Shown: positions 1 to 10,077 of the stretch, piece by piece
Layout of the letters: each line of letters opens with the position of its first letter
How positions within the stretch are numbered: position 1 is the stretch's first letter
DNA from: an uncultured Bacteroidales bacterium
GTDB taxonomy: Bacteria > Bacteroidota > Bacteroidia > Bacteroidales > VadinHA17
DNA: 64,000 nt
NCBI GenBank assembly: GCA_963732575.1
Contig: CAVTAA010000009.1
Location: forward strand, 10,619-74,618
Direction of reading: 5' to 3'
Made by a program: the position numbers and the translations under genes
The notes under the pieces: model-generated
Databases searched by the model: none
Told to the model about the DNA's origin: nothing
Seen by the model: only the letters and a program-made list of their open reading frames with translations

Positions 1-811
1 AATTGATCTCAAGGATGGCGCTGGTGGGGCACTCATCAACACACTTGCGACACAGCTTGCATTTGAATGAATCTATGAAAGCAAGGTTGTCAGCCATTGT
101 GATTGCCTCATAAGGGCATACTTTAACACACTTGCCGCATCCTATACAGGCTACCTTGCACGCCTTGCGTGCCGGGCCTCCCTTGTCCTTGTTCACACAC
201 GAGACATAGATTTTACGATCCTTCTTATTACGTTTACGCAACTCTATGATGTTACGGGGGCATGCTTTGACACAGGCACCGCACGAAACGCATTTTTCGT
301 CAATAATCACCGGCAGCTGAGTGACAGGATCCATATACATTGCGTCGAACTTGCAGGCAATGACACAATCGCCGCAGCCCAGGCATCCATAATGGCAGCC
401 TGTGGTACCTCCGTAAAGAGAATGAGCCACCCGGCAGCTGGCTGCACCGTCATAGAATGATGTCCGGATGCAGTTGTCAGGAGTACCGTTGCAGCGGACC
501 ACAGCCACCTTAGGCTCCACCGCCACAGCCTTGCGGCCAAGGATGTCAGCAGCATTACCCATCGTCTCAGCGCCGCCTACCGGACAGTTTAGGCCTTCAA
601 AGGAAACTGATTTCACAAGGGTCTCGGCAAAGGCACGGCAACCGGTAAAACCGCAGCCGCCACAGTTGGCTCCCGGAAGAGCCTCGGTAACCAGGTCTAT
701 ACGCGGGTCTTCAACGACCCTGAACTTCTGCGCAACAAAATACAGTATCACCGCTGCAGCCAGACCAAGCACACTCAGCATGATGATTGTGAACAAAACA
801 ATGGAACTCAT
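1..811 (-). CDS. rnfB: Rnf electron-transport complex subunit B (4Fe-4S ferredoxin type), partial; C-terminus runs off the left window edge
   Basis: Absent from the ORF track because it is open at the edge. My translation of the minus strand from the ATG at 811 gives MSSIVLFTIIMLSVLGLAAAVILYFVAQKF (TM helix), ANCGGCGFTGCRAFAE (RnfB Cys cluster), then CxxCxxCxxxCP ferredoxin motifs (CVSCGACVKACP, CIGCGKCVKVCP, CKLCRKCVDECP). No stop down to position 1. Confidence 0.8.
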   Translation of the reverse strand, partial: MSSIVLFTIIMLSVLGLAAAVILYFVAQKFRVVEDPRIDLVTEALPGANCGGCGFTGCRAFAETLVKSVSFEGLNCPVGGAETMGNAADILGRKAVAVEPKVAVVRCNGTPDNCIRTSFYDGAASCRVAHSLYGGTTGCHYGCLGCGDCVIACKFDAMYMDPVTQLPVIIDEKCVSCGACVKACPRNIIELRKRNKKDRKIYVSCVNKDKGGPARKACKVACIGCGKCVKVCPYEAITMADNLAFIDSFKCKLCRKCVDECPTSAILEIN

Positions 812-814
812 CTG

Positions 815-1231
815 TCAGACCTTTATTTTGAATTCAAACCTCTTGTCAATTCTGCTCCTCAGGAGCCAAACGGAAAAGTAATAAACTACAAGTGAACCAA
901 ACGAGAGTAGCGCTGAGCTCAGCTCACCTGCCCCCGCAACTGTAAGAGCCGCAAATACTGTAACAAGAATAAGAAATGGGATCACATAACCGATAGCCAG
1001 TGCTCGGAAACCCTGCGACTTCTCCATAACCACCGTGACTTTATCACCGGGCCTGAGGTCAGCTTCACTCTTGACATTGACGGTCCTTACATCTGTACTG
1101 CCCAGCGAGCAGGCTGATTTTGCATGGCAGCCAGAGCAGGCGCTGCCGGTAATAATCTCAACTTCAGCAGTACCATTGCCCGGGGCTTTTAAAACTATTC
1201 CTTCATGAGTGATTATCTCTCCTTGCGGCAT
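815..1231 (-). CDS. RseC/MucC-family small membrane protein (SoxR-reducing system type), leader gene of the rnf cluster
   Basis: 138 aa ORF. Cys-rich N-terminal domain (GSACSGCHAKSACSLG) followed by two hydrophobic helices. Stop lies 3 nt before the rnfB start on the same strand. Confidence 0.65.
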   Translation of the reverse strand: MPQGEIITHEGIVLKAPGNGTAEVEIITGSACSGCHAKSACSLGSTDVRTVNVKSEADLRPGDKVTVVMEKSQGFRALAIGYVIPFLILVTVFAALTVAGAGELSSALLSFGSLVVYYFSVWLLRSRIDKRFEFKIKV

Positions 1232-1326
1232 TGTGACATTATTGAACCGGCAATTTTAAGGAATTGTCCGGAAATAAAACAGAACAATAGTCATTATTTT
1301 GGCAGGCAATAGAGGACCGAGCGTTA

Positions 1327-1350
1327 ATAAAAAGCCCGGTGGGCTTTTTT
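1327..1350 (-). terminator. Rho-independent terminator hairpin downstream of recG (A-run/T-run on both sides, so it can work in either direction)
   Basis: aaaaAGCCCggtGGGCTttttt: 5-bp GC stem, 3-nt loop, flanking A and T runs. Confidence 0.6.
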
Positions 1351-1431
1351 AGCGAGGAGACAGAGTGCAGGAGAGGAAATATTGACTCCTGGCATCTGCC
1401 AGTAGGCAGTAGTGATTCATTGTCTGGAACC

Positions 1432-1458
1432 GATAACAGATAACAGACAACAGATAAC
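1432..1458. repeat. Heptamer tandem repeat (GATAACA x2, GACAACA, GATAAC) immediately 3' of the recG stop
   Basis: Read directly: gataacagataacagacaacagataac. A small hairpin CTGCCagtaGGCAG precedes it at about 1396-1409. Confidence 0.8.
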
Positions 1459-1461
1459 CCT

Positions 1462-3581
1462 TCAGCTTATCTCGCTCCATGTGAAGCTCTTGCCGAAAAG
1501 TCTCTTCAGGCCGGCTTTCAACACCTTGTTATCGCTGCTTTCCAGCCCGGGGTCATCGGCCAGGATCTCCTCGGCGTGAGATCGTGCGAGGTTTAGTATT
1601 TGTCCGTCCCTTCCAAGGTCCGCTATCTTCAGATCGAAGGCCATGCCGCTCTGCTGCGTCCCTTCGAGGTCGCCCGGACCGCGCATGCGCAGGTCAGCCT
1701 CTGCAATCTCAAAACCGTCGTTTGTGCCAATAATCGTATTGATACGCTCAGACGCATCGGCCGAACGCTTGTGCGATGTCATGAGTATGCAGAACGACTG
1801 ATCGGCGCCGCGACCAACGCGGCCGCGCAGCTGGTGAAGCTGCGAGAGCCCGAAACGTTCCGCGCTCTCAATGACCATGACACTGGCATTAGGTATGTCA
1901 ACACCAACCTCAATTACCGTGGTGGCAACCATTATCTGCGCCTGTCCCCTGCGGAACAGATTCATTGATATCTCCTTATCACGTGCAGTCATGCGTCCGT
2001 GGACCACGCTGATGCAATACTGCGGCGGCGGAAAAGCGCGTGACATGCTCTCCAGCCCATCCTCAAGATCCTTGTAATCAAGAGATTTCAGACTCCTTGA
2101 TGAGCGGGTACACAACATAAATCTGTCTTCCCTCTTCTATCTGACGACGCATAAAGCCAAATACCTTCTCGCGTTCGGCATCGGTGAAAGACATAGTTTT
2201 TATTGCCTTGCGTCCCGGGGGCATCTCATCAATTACTGATACATCAAGATCACCGTACAGTGTCATGGCGAGGGTACGGGGTATGGGTGTCGCCGTCATC
2301 ACCAGCACATGCGGCGGACAGTCGCTCTTCTGCCACAGCTTTGCCCTCTGCGCCACACCAAAACGATGCTGCTCGTCTATTATCACCAGGCCAAGGTTCT
2401 TGTACTTTACATTATCCTCTATCAGGGCATGGGTACCTATCAGAATAGAGATGCTTCCGTCGAGCAAGCCATTCTCGATGCGGGTCCGCTCACTGCGCTT
2501 CGTCGAGCCCGTCAGCAGGGCCACCGCCGGCATCAATGCCACGGACGAAATGGCTTATCGAATTAAAATGCTGAATGGCAAGAACTTCCGTCGGAGCCAT
2601 CAGGCAGCTCTGAAAACCGTTATCAGCTCCGATGAGCATGCTCATAAGAGCAACCATGGTCTTACCGCTGCCCACATCGCCTTGCAGCAGCCTGTTCATC
2701 TGCCTGCCGCTGCCGAGATCGGTGCGTATCTCGCGTATCACCCTCTTCTGCGCCTCTGTCAGGGTAAAAGGAAGGTTGTTTTTATAAAATGAGTTTAGCC
2801 TGTCACCAACAATTGAAAAGGTGAAACCGCGAGTGTTTTTTGCCCGGCTGCCCTTATAGTGCAACAGGTTGAGCTGGATGTAAAACAGCTCCTCAAACTT
2901 GAGCCTGAAACGGGCGTTTTCAAGATCGATGTTCGAATCAGGGAAGTGGATCCGGAACATTGCATCGGAGAGGCTTATCAGCCTCATTGGTTTCAACAGT
3001 GAGGCTGGCAGCGTTTCATCAAAGCGAAGTGCAGGTTGCGAAAAGAGGGTAGCCATCAGCTTTCCTATGGCCTTGGATTGAAGGAAATGATCCTTCATCT
3101 TTTCAGTTGTGTTGTACTGCGCCTCGAGGGCTGAACTAACCCTTGTAGCCTTCTTCTCTGTCTCTTCGATCTCGGGATGGACTATGTTAAAGGCACCGCT
3201 GAAGAGCGTCGGTTTACCGAAGATAATATATTCTTTTTCGACTTTATATGCATTAAGCACCCACTTCTGCCCCTTGAACCATACAAGCCTGACCATACCC
3301 GTATCGTCATAAAAATCAGCGGTAAGACGCCTGGCCGACCCGCCTCCCTCGGTAGAGTAACGGCGTATCTTTCCCTTTATCTGAACATACTGCATGTCGG
3401 TGTCAAGCTCGCTGACAGTATAAAAGCGTGTCTTGTCAACATACTTGTATGGAAAATAGTAGACGAGGTCCCTGAAAGTATGGATATTTGCCTCTTCTGC
3501 CAGCAGTTCGGCCCTTTTGGGACCCACCCCGGGAAGATATTTTATCTCTGTATCAAGCAGTTCAGACATCCGTTTAAACAA
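1462..3581 (-). CDS. recG: ATP-dependent DNA helicase RecG; reading frame interrupted twice (near 2078-2118 and 2490-2542)
   Basis: Three abutting minus-strand ORFs reconstitute one RecG. 2490..3581 holds the wedge/OB N-terminus and Walker A (LQGDVGSGKT). 2078..2542 holds VIIDEQHRFGV. 1462..2118 holds the helicase C domain (QLHQLRGRVGRG). Confidence 0.9.
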
Positions 3582-3640
3582 AAAAGATACTCATCGAAAA
3601 TACGTAAATTTGGGCTGCTTTCAAATGACCTTCCTAAGAA

Positions 3641-4557
3641 ATGGACCTGTACCCGGCAGCTGCATACCTAAGACACCTCCTTACTGCCCGGAGCACGGCA
3701 GGACACGGTGTTCACAGTCCGTATGTTTATGACTTCCTGACAAAGGTGGTAAGGGGTAAAACTGATGTGAAGATTGTCAGTCAGGTTGAAAGTCTTCGGC
3801 GTGAGATGCTTGCTGACAAGCGATGCATCAGAGTGACAGATTTGGGAGCAGGTTCTGTGACCAGAGCCGGAGGGGAGCGGCGTGTGTCGGAGATAGCAAG
3901 GACAGCGGCGATGCCGGCGAGGGAAGCGGGATTACTTGCGAGGATGGTGGCTGCTTCGACAGGCTCAGCAGCTCGGGGTGAGCTTGACAGGCTCAGCAGG
4001 GAATAAAGGCTCAGCAGCCCGGGGTGATCGCGCTCAGGATGCCGGGAAGCAGGCTCAGCAGCGCGGGGTGAGCATCGGCAGGCCAGCTATGGCACGGGAT
4101 AATACTGGAGCTGGGTACATCGCTCGGTATCAGCACGCTGGCGCTGGCGCTGGCAGCGCCGGAGAGGAGAGTGGTGACAGTGGAGGGGTGCCCGGCACTG
4201 GCAGACATTGCACGCGAAAACCTCATGAGATACGGTGCATCCAATGCTGAAGTAATGACTGCCGAGTTCAGCACTGCCCTCGAGAGCCTGAGAATGGACG
4301 GACAGAGTGTCTCTTTTGCATTTATCGACGGTAATCACAGAGGCACGGCTTTGACCCAATATATCTCGATGATCGCTGCCATGGGAGAGGAGATGACAAT
4401 TGCAGCTGATGATATCCACCTGACAAAGGAAATGTTCCTGGCATGGAAGAAGGTGGCAGCATCAGGTATTGCTCCGGTCACAATGGAGACACTCCGTCTC
4501 GGGATATTTTTTCTTAAGCATAGCATAACACCGGGAAGCTACAGGATCAGGTATTAA
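3641..4557 (+). CDS. Class I SAM-dependent methyltransferase (O-methyltransferase-like), split by a 119-bp internal repeat insertion
   Basis: N-part 3641..4006 is in frame 2 (HGVHSPYVYDFL...). C-part from 4072 is in frame 1, with motif I IILELGTSLGISTLALA and FAFIDGNHR. Deleting 3953..4071 joins the two frames without a stop. Confidence 0.7.
3953..4071. repeat. Degenerate tandem duplication inside the methyltransferase gene
   Basis: The 11-mer AGGCTCAGCAG occurs at 3961, 3989, 4007 and 4051. Three copies extend to the 21-mer AGGCTCAGCAGCNCGGGGTGA and differ only at N (T/C/G). The segment is flanked by the imperfect direct repeat GCTTCGACAGGC (3953) / GCATCGGCAGGC (4072). Confidence 0.85.
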
Positions 4558-4628
4558 CAAAAAATAACAGGATCATAACATATATATAGAGTAATTTGAA
4601 CTAATTTCGGGACTTTAACAAAACAGGC

Positions 4629-5339
4629 ATGGATAAGGTCATAGAGATACACGAGATTGTAAAAAATTACCAGGTCGGAACGGTAATAGTACGTGCCCTC
4701 CGCTCTGTGTCACTCACTATCAACAGAAACGAATATGTAGCCATTATGGGCCCGTCAGGGTCCGGTAAGTCAACACTGATGAACATCCTGGGGTGTCTCG
4801 ATACCCCCACCAAAGGCCAGTATATCCTTAACGGAACCGATGTCAGCAAGATGGAAGATGACCGTCTTGCCGAGATAAGGAACAAGGAGATCGGCTTTGT
4901 CTTCCAGACCTTTAACCTGCTGCCGCGGTACTCAGCCCTTGAGAACGTTACCCTGCCTCTTATTTATGCCGGCGTGCCGCGCCATGAAAGGGAAGACCAT
5001 GCCAAAGTCACACTTGAAGAGGTCGGATTGGGTGACAGAATGACCCACAAGCCCAATGAGTTGTCCGGCGGACAACGGCAGAGGGTGGCAATCGCCAGGG
5101 CACTGGTCAACAAACCTTCAATAATCCTTGCCGATGAGCCTACCGGAAACCTTGACAGTAAGACATCCTATGATATAATGGGTCTTCTCGATAAGATCCA
5201 TGAACTGGGTAACACTGTCATTGTTGTGACCCACGAGGAGGATATCGCACGCCATGCGCACCGCATAATCAAGCTAATGGACGGCGAGGTTGCAACCGAT
5301 TACGTCAACGAGAACAGAATTGAAGTAAAGCTGAAATAG
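4629..5339 (+). CDS. ABC transporter ATP-binding protein (MacB/LolD-like family)
   Basis: 236 aa. Walker [10 protein letters not shown], signature LSGGQRQR, Walker [12 protein letters not shown]. Confidence 0.85.
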   Translation: MDKVIEIHEIVKNYQVGTVIVRALRSVSLTINRNEYVAIMGPSGSGKSTLMNILGCLDTPTKGQYILNGTDVSKMEDDRLAEIRNKEIGFVFQTFNLLPRYSALENVTLPLIYAGVPRHEREDHAKVTLEEVGLGDRMTHKPNELSGGQRQRVAIARALVNKPSIILADEPTGNLDSKTSYDIMGLLDKIHELGNTVIVVTHEEDIARHAHRIIKLMDGEVATDYVNENRIEVKLK

Positions 5340-5359
5340 ATATACTTCATTTCCTGCCG

Positions 5360-5911
5360 ATGAAGATATATACCAAAACAGGAGACAGGGGAGAGACCTC
5401 TATCATTGGAGGCAAAAGACTTCCCAAATATCATCCCCGCATTGAAGCCTATGGCACTATTGATGAACTTATAGCATGGATAGGCCTTTTGCGTGCTGCC
5501 GGTCAGCACTGTGTCAGCACTGAAGAACTCATTGCCATACAATCAGCACTCATGACATGCTGCTCGGTTGTTGCCACCGACCCGTCGGCAAAAGTGCCGG
5601 TAACCTTAACACCGGGCGATACATCATTGCTTGAGCGTTCAATAGATGCCATGGAATCCCGGCTTCCGGCACTGAATTCTTTTATACTTCCGGGCGGTCA
5701 TCCTCATACAGCAAATTGTAATATTGCACGATGTGTGTGCCGGCGAGCCGAAAGAGCCCTCCTTCGCCTTGATAAAGAAGAAAAAGTGGACCAGGAAATC
5801 ATCATATACATTAACCGTCTCTCCGATTATCTCTTCGTACTTTCACGATGTCTGAGCTATGATGCTGGTATTGAAGAGGTTAGGTGGCTGCCAGATAATA
5901 AGGCAAAATAA
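5360..5911 (+). CDS. PduO-type ATP:cob(I)alamin adenosyltransferase
   Basis: 183 aa. The N-terminus MKIYTKTGDRGETS...IEAYGTIDEL is characteristic of this family. Confidence 0.8.
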   Translation: MKIYTKTGDRGETSIIGGKRLPKYHPRIEAYGTIDELIAWIGLLRAAGQHCVSTEELIAIQSALMTCCSVVATDPSAKVPVTLTPGDTSLLERSIDAMESRLPALNSFILPGGHPHTANCNIARCVCRRAERALLRLDKEEKVDQEIIIYINRLSDYLFVLSRCLSYDAGIEEVRWLPDNKAK

Positions 5912-5955
5912 TCGATAAAAAAGTCGGGCCCCTCTTTTATTATTCTAAATAATTT

Positions 5956-5963
5956 TATATTTG
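5956..5963 (+). promoter_or_regulatory. Bacteroidota-type -7 promoter box (TAnnTTTG)
   Basis: tatatttg, 38 nt upstream of the ATG at 6001. Confidence 0.4.
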
Positions 5964-6000
5964 CGGACTTTAAGGAAGGTAACAAAAATCTTTCAAAAAA

Positions 6001-6222
6001 ATGTATTGGACACTTGAATTAGCGTCAAAACTCGAAGATGCTCCCTGGCCAGCAACCAAGGATGAGCTCATTGACTATGCAATACGGTCAGGTGCCCCTA
6101 TGGAAGTCATAGAAAACCTGCAGGAGATAGAAGACGAAGGCGATATTTATGAAGGTATTGAAGATATCTGGCCTGACTATCCATCAAAAGAAGACTTTTT
6201 CTTCAACGAAGACGAGTATTAA
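6001..6222 (+). CDS. DUF2795-like small acidic protein
   Basis: 73 aa. WPATKDELIDYAIRSGAP..VIENLQEIEDEG resembles DUF2795. Confidence 0.55.
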   Translation: MYWTLELASKLEDAPWPATKDELIDYAIRSGAPMEVIENLQEIEDEGDIYEGIEDIWPDYPSKEDFFFNEDEY

Positions 6223-6230
6223 ATAAGTTC

Positions 6231-6340
6231 GGAGTGACTAAAGTCCGGAGTGAGCTAAAGTTGCTTTTCCCCAAGACACTTTAGTTCACTTTAGTTCACT
6301 TTAGTTCACTTTAGTCACTTTAGTCACTTCAGTCACTTCG
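6231..6340. repeat. Inverted plus tandem repeat array (9-10 nt units) between convergent genes; overlaps the 3' end of the OstA-like CDS
   Basis: Left arm is GGAGTGACTAAAGT / GGAGTGAGCTAAAGT (6231-6260). Right arm is CACTTTAGTT x3 (6277-6306), CACTTTAGT x2 (6307-6324), CACTTCAGT (6325-6333). The arms are complementary if G-U pairs are allowed. Confidence 0.85.
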
Positions 6341-7873
6341 GAAGTTTCTCTTTCCGGCCGTAAACCAGGTAACCATCGAAAACCATCAAGCCTCATCTCA
6401 CTGTCCGGCTTTTCAAGCGGAGGATTAAGTGTACCGTCAGGACTTTGGTTCTGGTAGATCTCGGCTATCTTGCCGTCCTCGAGCAAGATCTCAATGCTAG
6501 CGCTTTTGGCCCTGTTCACACCCACAAGTTCTTTGCTGTCAACAACATAATAGATAGCTTCCCCATTGCCGGTAACCTTTATACGGCGAAGCTTATTGTC
6601 AACGAAGTATCCTGACAGATTCTTTCCGCTGATCTGGTCAAAGCGGGCCGAATCGACAGAGCTGACCACAAAAGCAGAATTGTAGAGCTCCATACGGTCC
6701 GCTTTGCGGTCTTTTGTGAACAGGGCGATGGAGTTCTGCTGAAAGCTGACTCTCCCGCGACCATACTAGAGGGTCATCATACATCCTGATGACTGAGTCC
6801 ATGAATGAGTAAGAAAGTGAGTCGCATCGTCCCTGCATCTCCCTGCTGTAGATTGTGCAACTGAAATATGCCTTCAGCAGCCTGTGATCTGCACCCAGGG
6901 TGTCAGTCTGAGGAAGCGCCCTGAGGGTGTCGGCCCTGAGAGTGATAGTGTCTTCATTTGAATACATCGTAAACCACGGATCATGGGTAAGAATAAACTT
7001 TTCAGGCCGCTTCAGATACCATGCATAACCTCCTCCGCAAATGACATTGTCCGACGTGTCAGCAATGGTTACATTGCCGAAGCTCTCCCCTTGTCCGTTT
7101 TTCTCATCATACCAGAGGGTGTCGCCTGTGATACGCTGCTGGCGATTGTCGATAACAGCATTCTTCATCAGCTGAGAGACATCTTTTCTGGTATCGCTCC
7201 ACCCTTTCTCGCAGAAGAGGTAGATACTGTCACCTACTGCTTCTGTGGGTCCTTCAAACCAGACAATCTCGTTATAAGTGTCATAACGCATCGTGTCGGC
7301 ACGCATTACAAAATCAGGATTGACGATCTTAACACTGTCACGGAAATGAAGCATCTTCCTGTCGGCATAATAAATTCCTATGATGCTGGTAAGCGTGTTT
7401 TCACCGTTGAGAATGCGTCCGCCATCATCGTAAACTGCTATTTGTGTATTGGTATCATAATCAATCTTGCGTGTGAAAAGCTGTGTTTCTTTATCTGCAA
7501 GTTTCACACTGTCAGTCATTACGGCCTTTCCGGTGTCACCATCGTAAAACAGGTAATTACCCCATATGTGGATTGTATCGCCCTGTCTTATGTGGATGTT
7601 GCTGAAGGCGTTAACCTGGTTTGTATCGTCATAGTACAAGGCGCTGTCGCATGTCATGTAGAGGTCATTATGCTTCAGGCTGACGTTGCCGTTCAGCTTG
7701 TTGCGCGACCGGTCATTCATGCGGCCGTATTGCATTTCATCAGAATGGAGTATCTCAACCCTGCGGCGCTCCTGCCCGCCCTGTGCAGCAACCTGCAGCG
7801 GCAGGAGAGATAGGAAAAGAGGCAACAAGAGATAAAAATCTCTCCGCGATGTTATCTGACCTATTCGAGCCAT
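6301..7873 (-). CDS. OstA-like / LptD N-terminal-like (LptA fold) periplasmic protein; one frame break near 6693-6760
   Basis: Signal peptide LLLPLFLSLLPLQVAAQ. Repeated GNV...D....CD.A.YY / GD beta-jellyroll-type motifs. The pieces 6638..7873 and 6301..6693 join as ...SQLSAE/IALFTKDRKADRMELYNSAFVV. Confidence 0.55.
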
Positions 7874-9211
7874 CCGGGAAAATGAAAGCCACAGCCGCGG
7901 AAATCATCGCTGACACGGATATAAGTCTTCTTAATCTTCTCAGTGATCCAGTCCTGGTATGCTTTGTTCTGTTTGTCCATCAATGCGGCTTCTGACAGGT
8001 AGTTGTAATCTTCCTTCGGGTTGACCCTGTGGGGTGCAACCTCATTATCAAGTCTGACGATGACATAAACGCTGTTGCCCTTGGCATCAGTTGTGCGGAA
8101 GGGCTCCGAGATCTCACCCAGCTTCATGTTACGCACAACCAGGTTGATCTCACGCGGCAGCTCATCAAGGGTGAACCATGTTACGCGATCAGAAGGATTC
8201 TCCTGAACCATCTTGCCTCCGTTAGCCCTGGTAGCCTTATCAGACGAGTATCTTAAAGCTGCCTTATCGAAGGCCAGGCTGTCAAGGCGGACAAGACCTG
8301 CAATACTGTCAAGTCTCAGGATAGCCCATTCGGTTTGTTCTGCCGAGAGTTTCGGTTTCATGAGTATATGCCGCGTGTTGACCATTTCTCCTTTACGGTC
8401 AATGAGCTGGATGATATGGAATCCGAATTCGGTCTCAACAATTTTGGAGACAGCACCTTTCTTCAGGCTCCAGGCTGCCTCGGCATATGGCTTGGCCACC
8501 TCACCTCGTGGTACATACCCGAGCTCTCCGCCTTTAGGAGCCGTGCCGGGGTCTTCTGAATAGAGCACTGCCAGCGCACTGAAGCTCTCGCCGTTAACGA
8601 TGCGGCTGCGAAGATCAAGCAGACGCTGGCGCACCTCAGCCTTGCTGTCATCCATGTCAGGAGGCTCAACGGAGATGATACTGAGCTCAACCTTCCTGGG
8701 AACCAGCGGCAGAGAGTCTTTTGGCATACTGTTATAGTATTTTTTTATCTCGTCCGGAGTAACGGTGATATCCTGCGCAATTGTTCCCTGTGTCTCCTGT
8801 ACGATATACTGGTTTGTGAGCATCTCACGAAGGTCTTTCTTTATCTCAGCCATACTCTTGCTGAAGTAATTCTCAAGAGCCTGCTCTGACCCGGCGCGCC
8901 TTATGTATTCAGCCAGTCTGTTGTTCAGGTCAGCCTCAACATTGTCGGGCGACACCTCAATGGAGTCTATCTTCGCCTGATCAAGGAAAAGTTTTTGTGA
9001 TCATCAGGTCCTCCAGTACACGGCAGCGAAGCTCCTCGACAGGTGTAGGGTCCCTCTCAGCTTTCATCTGCATCACCTGACCCTCAACATCAGAGAGAAA
9101 AATGACCTCATTTCCTACCACAGCCACAATCGACTCAACAACCTGCTGACTGTAAGCGCTGTACCCTGCAAGCATCAACAGCGCGTTTAATATGATAATT
9201 TTGATTTTCAT
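7861..9211 (-). CDS. SurA-like periplasmic chaperone / parvulin-type peptidyl-prolyl isomerase; one frame break near 8987-8996
   Basis: Signal peptide MKIKIIILNALLMLAGYSAYSQ. Parvulin domain (GGELGYVPRGEVAKPYAEAAW...FGFHIIQL). The break sits in an A4/T5 run. Confidence 0.8.
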
Positions 9212-9227
9212 GCTTTGAATTTAGTCA

Positions 9228-10077
9228 TTAAAAGATTTTCAGGCTATTATTCCTTACCGCCTCATTATAAATTCCGTCTTCAAGTTTCTGCAGGAAATCA
9301 TTCCTGCGGTTGTTAAGTATAATCGTTTTCACCTGTCCGCGGATGTATTCGAACGGAGCCACACTGTTTCTCAACTTGTACTCTCTTATAGCAATAAAAT
9401 ATGTGAATTTGTCATCCTTCAGCTCAACTGCGCTGTTCCTTGCCAGCCATTCCTCCTGGTTTTCAGATTTCAAGCGGCACCTCCATCAGCAGGTGCGTGA
9501 ACGGAATCCAGGCATCATCATAGTCATCATACCTCAGAGCGAACTGGGCACAGTAATCTTCAAGCTCCCTTATCTCCTCCGGGATGGATGATCTGTATAA
9601 TTTTCTTACTTTCCCGATATCCGGGGTGGTTGCCGGCAGCTTGATGAACAGTGCTTTGACAAGATTAGTTGTCAGCGAGAAGGTATTCAGGTTACTGACA
9701 TAGTAGTCCTGCAGTTCGTTGTCGGTAACCACGGTATCCATCTTCTGGATGATCATCTGCTGCTGGTACTGGTATATAAGAAGGTTGTTTCTCATCTCAC
9801 CCAGTTGTCTGTTCACTTCATCCTTGTACTCTGCTGTCAGGTTCTCTTCAGCTCTCAGTGCCATCAACTCCTTGCGTGACCAGCGCCTGATATAGCTTTG
9901 CACTGCCGATATGCTGTCAGTTCCGCTCATCCCCGGCATCACAAGTGTTGAAGGTATCTGGTCAAAATAGAGTACCCTGTCGCCTGCCTTTGCAACGGCC
10001 AGACGGTCAGACTCGTTTTGAACCCTGTTACATGAGACCACCAGAACAAGGAAAAATAATATTGCCGTACGTATCAT
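9228..10077 (-). CDS. Lipoprotein of unknown function in the guaB/SurA-like operon (possibly a SurA-N/PpiD-like chaperone); one frame break near 9463-9473
   Basis: Lipobox LVLVVSC. Pieces 9463..10077 and 9228..9473 abut. Its ATG overlaps the guaB stop (ATGA at 10075-10079). Confidence 0.45.

Noticed and set aside
307-881. Track ORFs 307..555(-) and 468..881(+) inside the first 900 bp
   Set aside because: They are off-frame or antisense to a clean, motif-rich RnfB reading frame (1..811, minus). Their translations are low-complexity with no recognisable motifs.
3953-4071. Diversity-generating retroelement (TR/VR) explanation for the repeat copies that differ at one position
   Set aside because: The copies are only about 20-45 nt long. 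The variable position is not adenine-specific, there is no reverse transcriptase nearby, and the copies are directly tandem.
3936-4419. ORFs 3936..4250(+), 4011..4274(-) and 4087..4419(-) across the methyltransferase repeat
   Set aside because: They are by-products of the GC-rich repeat insertion. Their Ala/Gly/Arg-rich translations are in alternative frames of a recognisable methyltransferase.
6277-6340. CRISPR-like array
   Set aside because: The units are 9-10 nt with no spacers, and there are no cas genes. It is a microsatellite/hairpin, not a CRISPR array.
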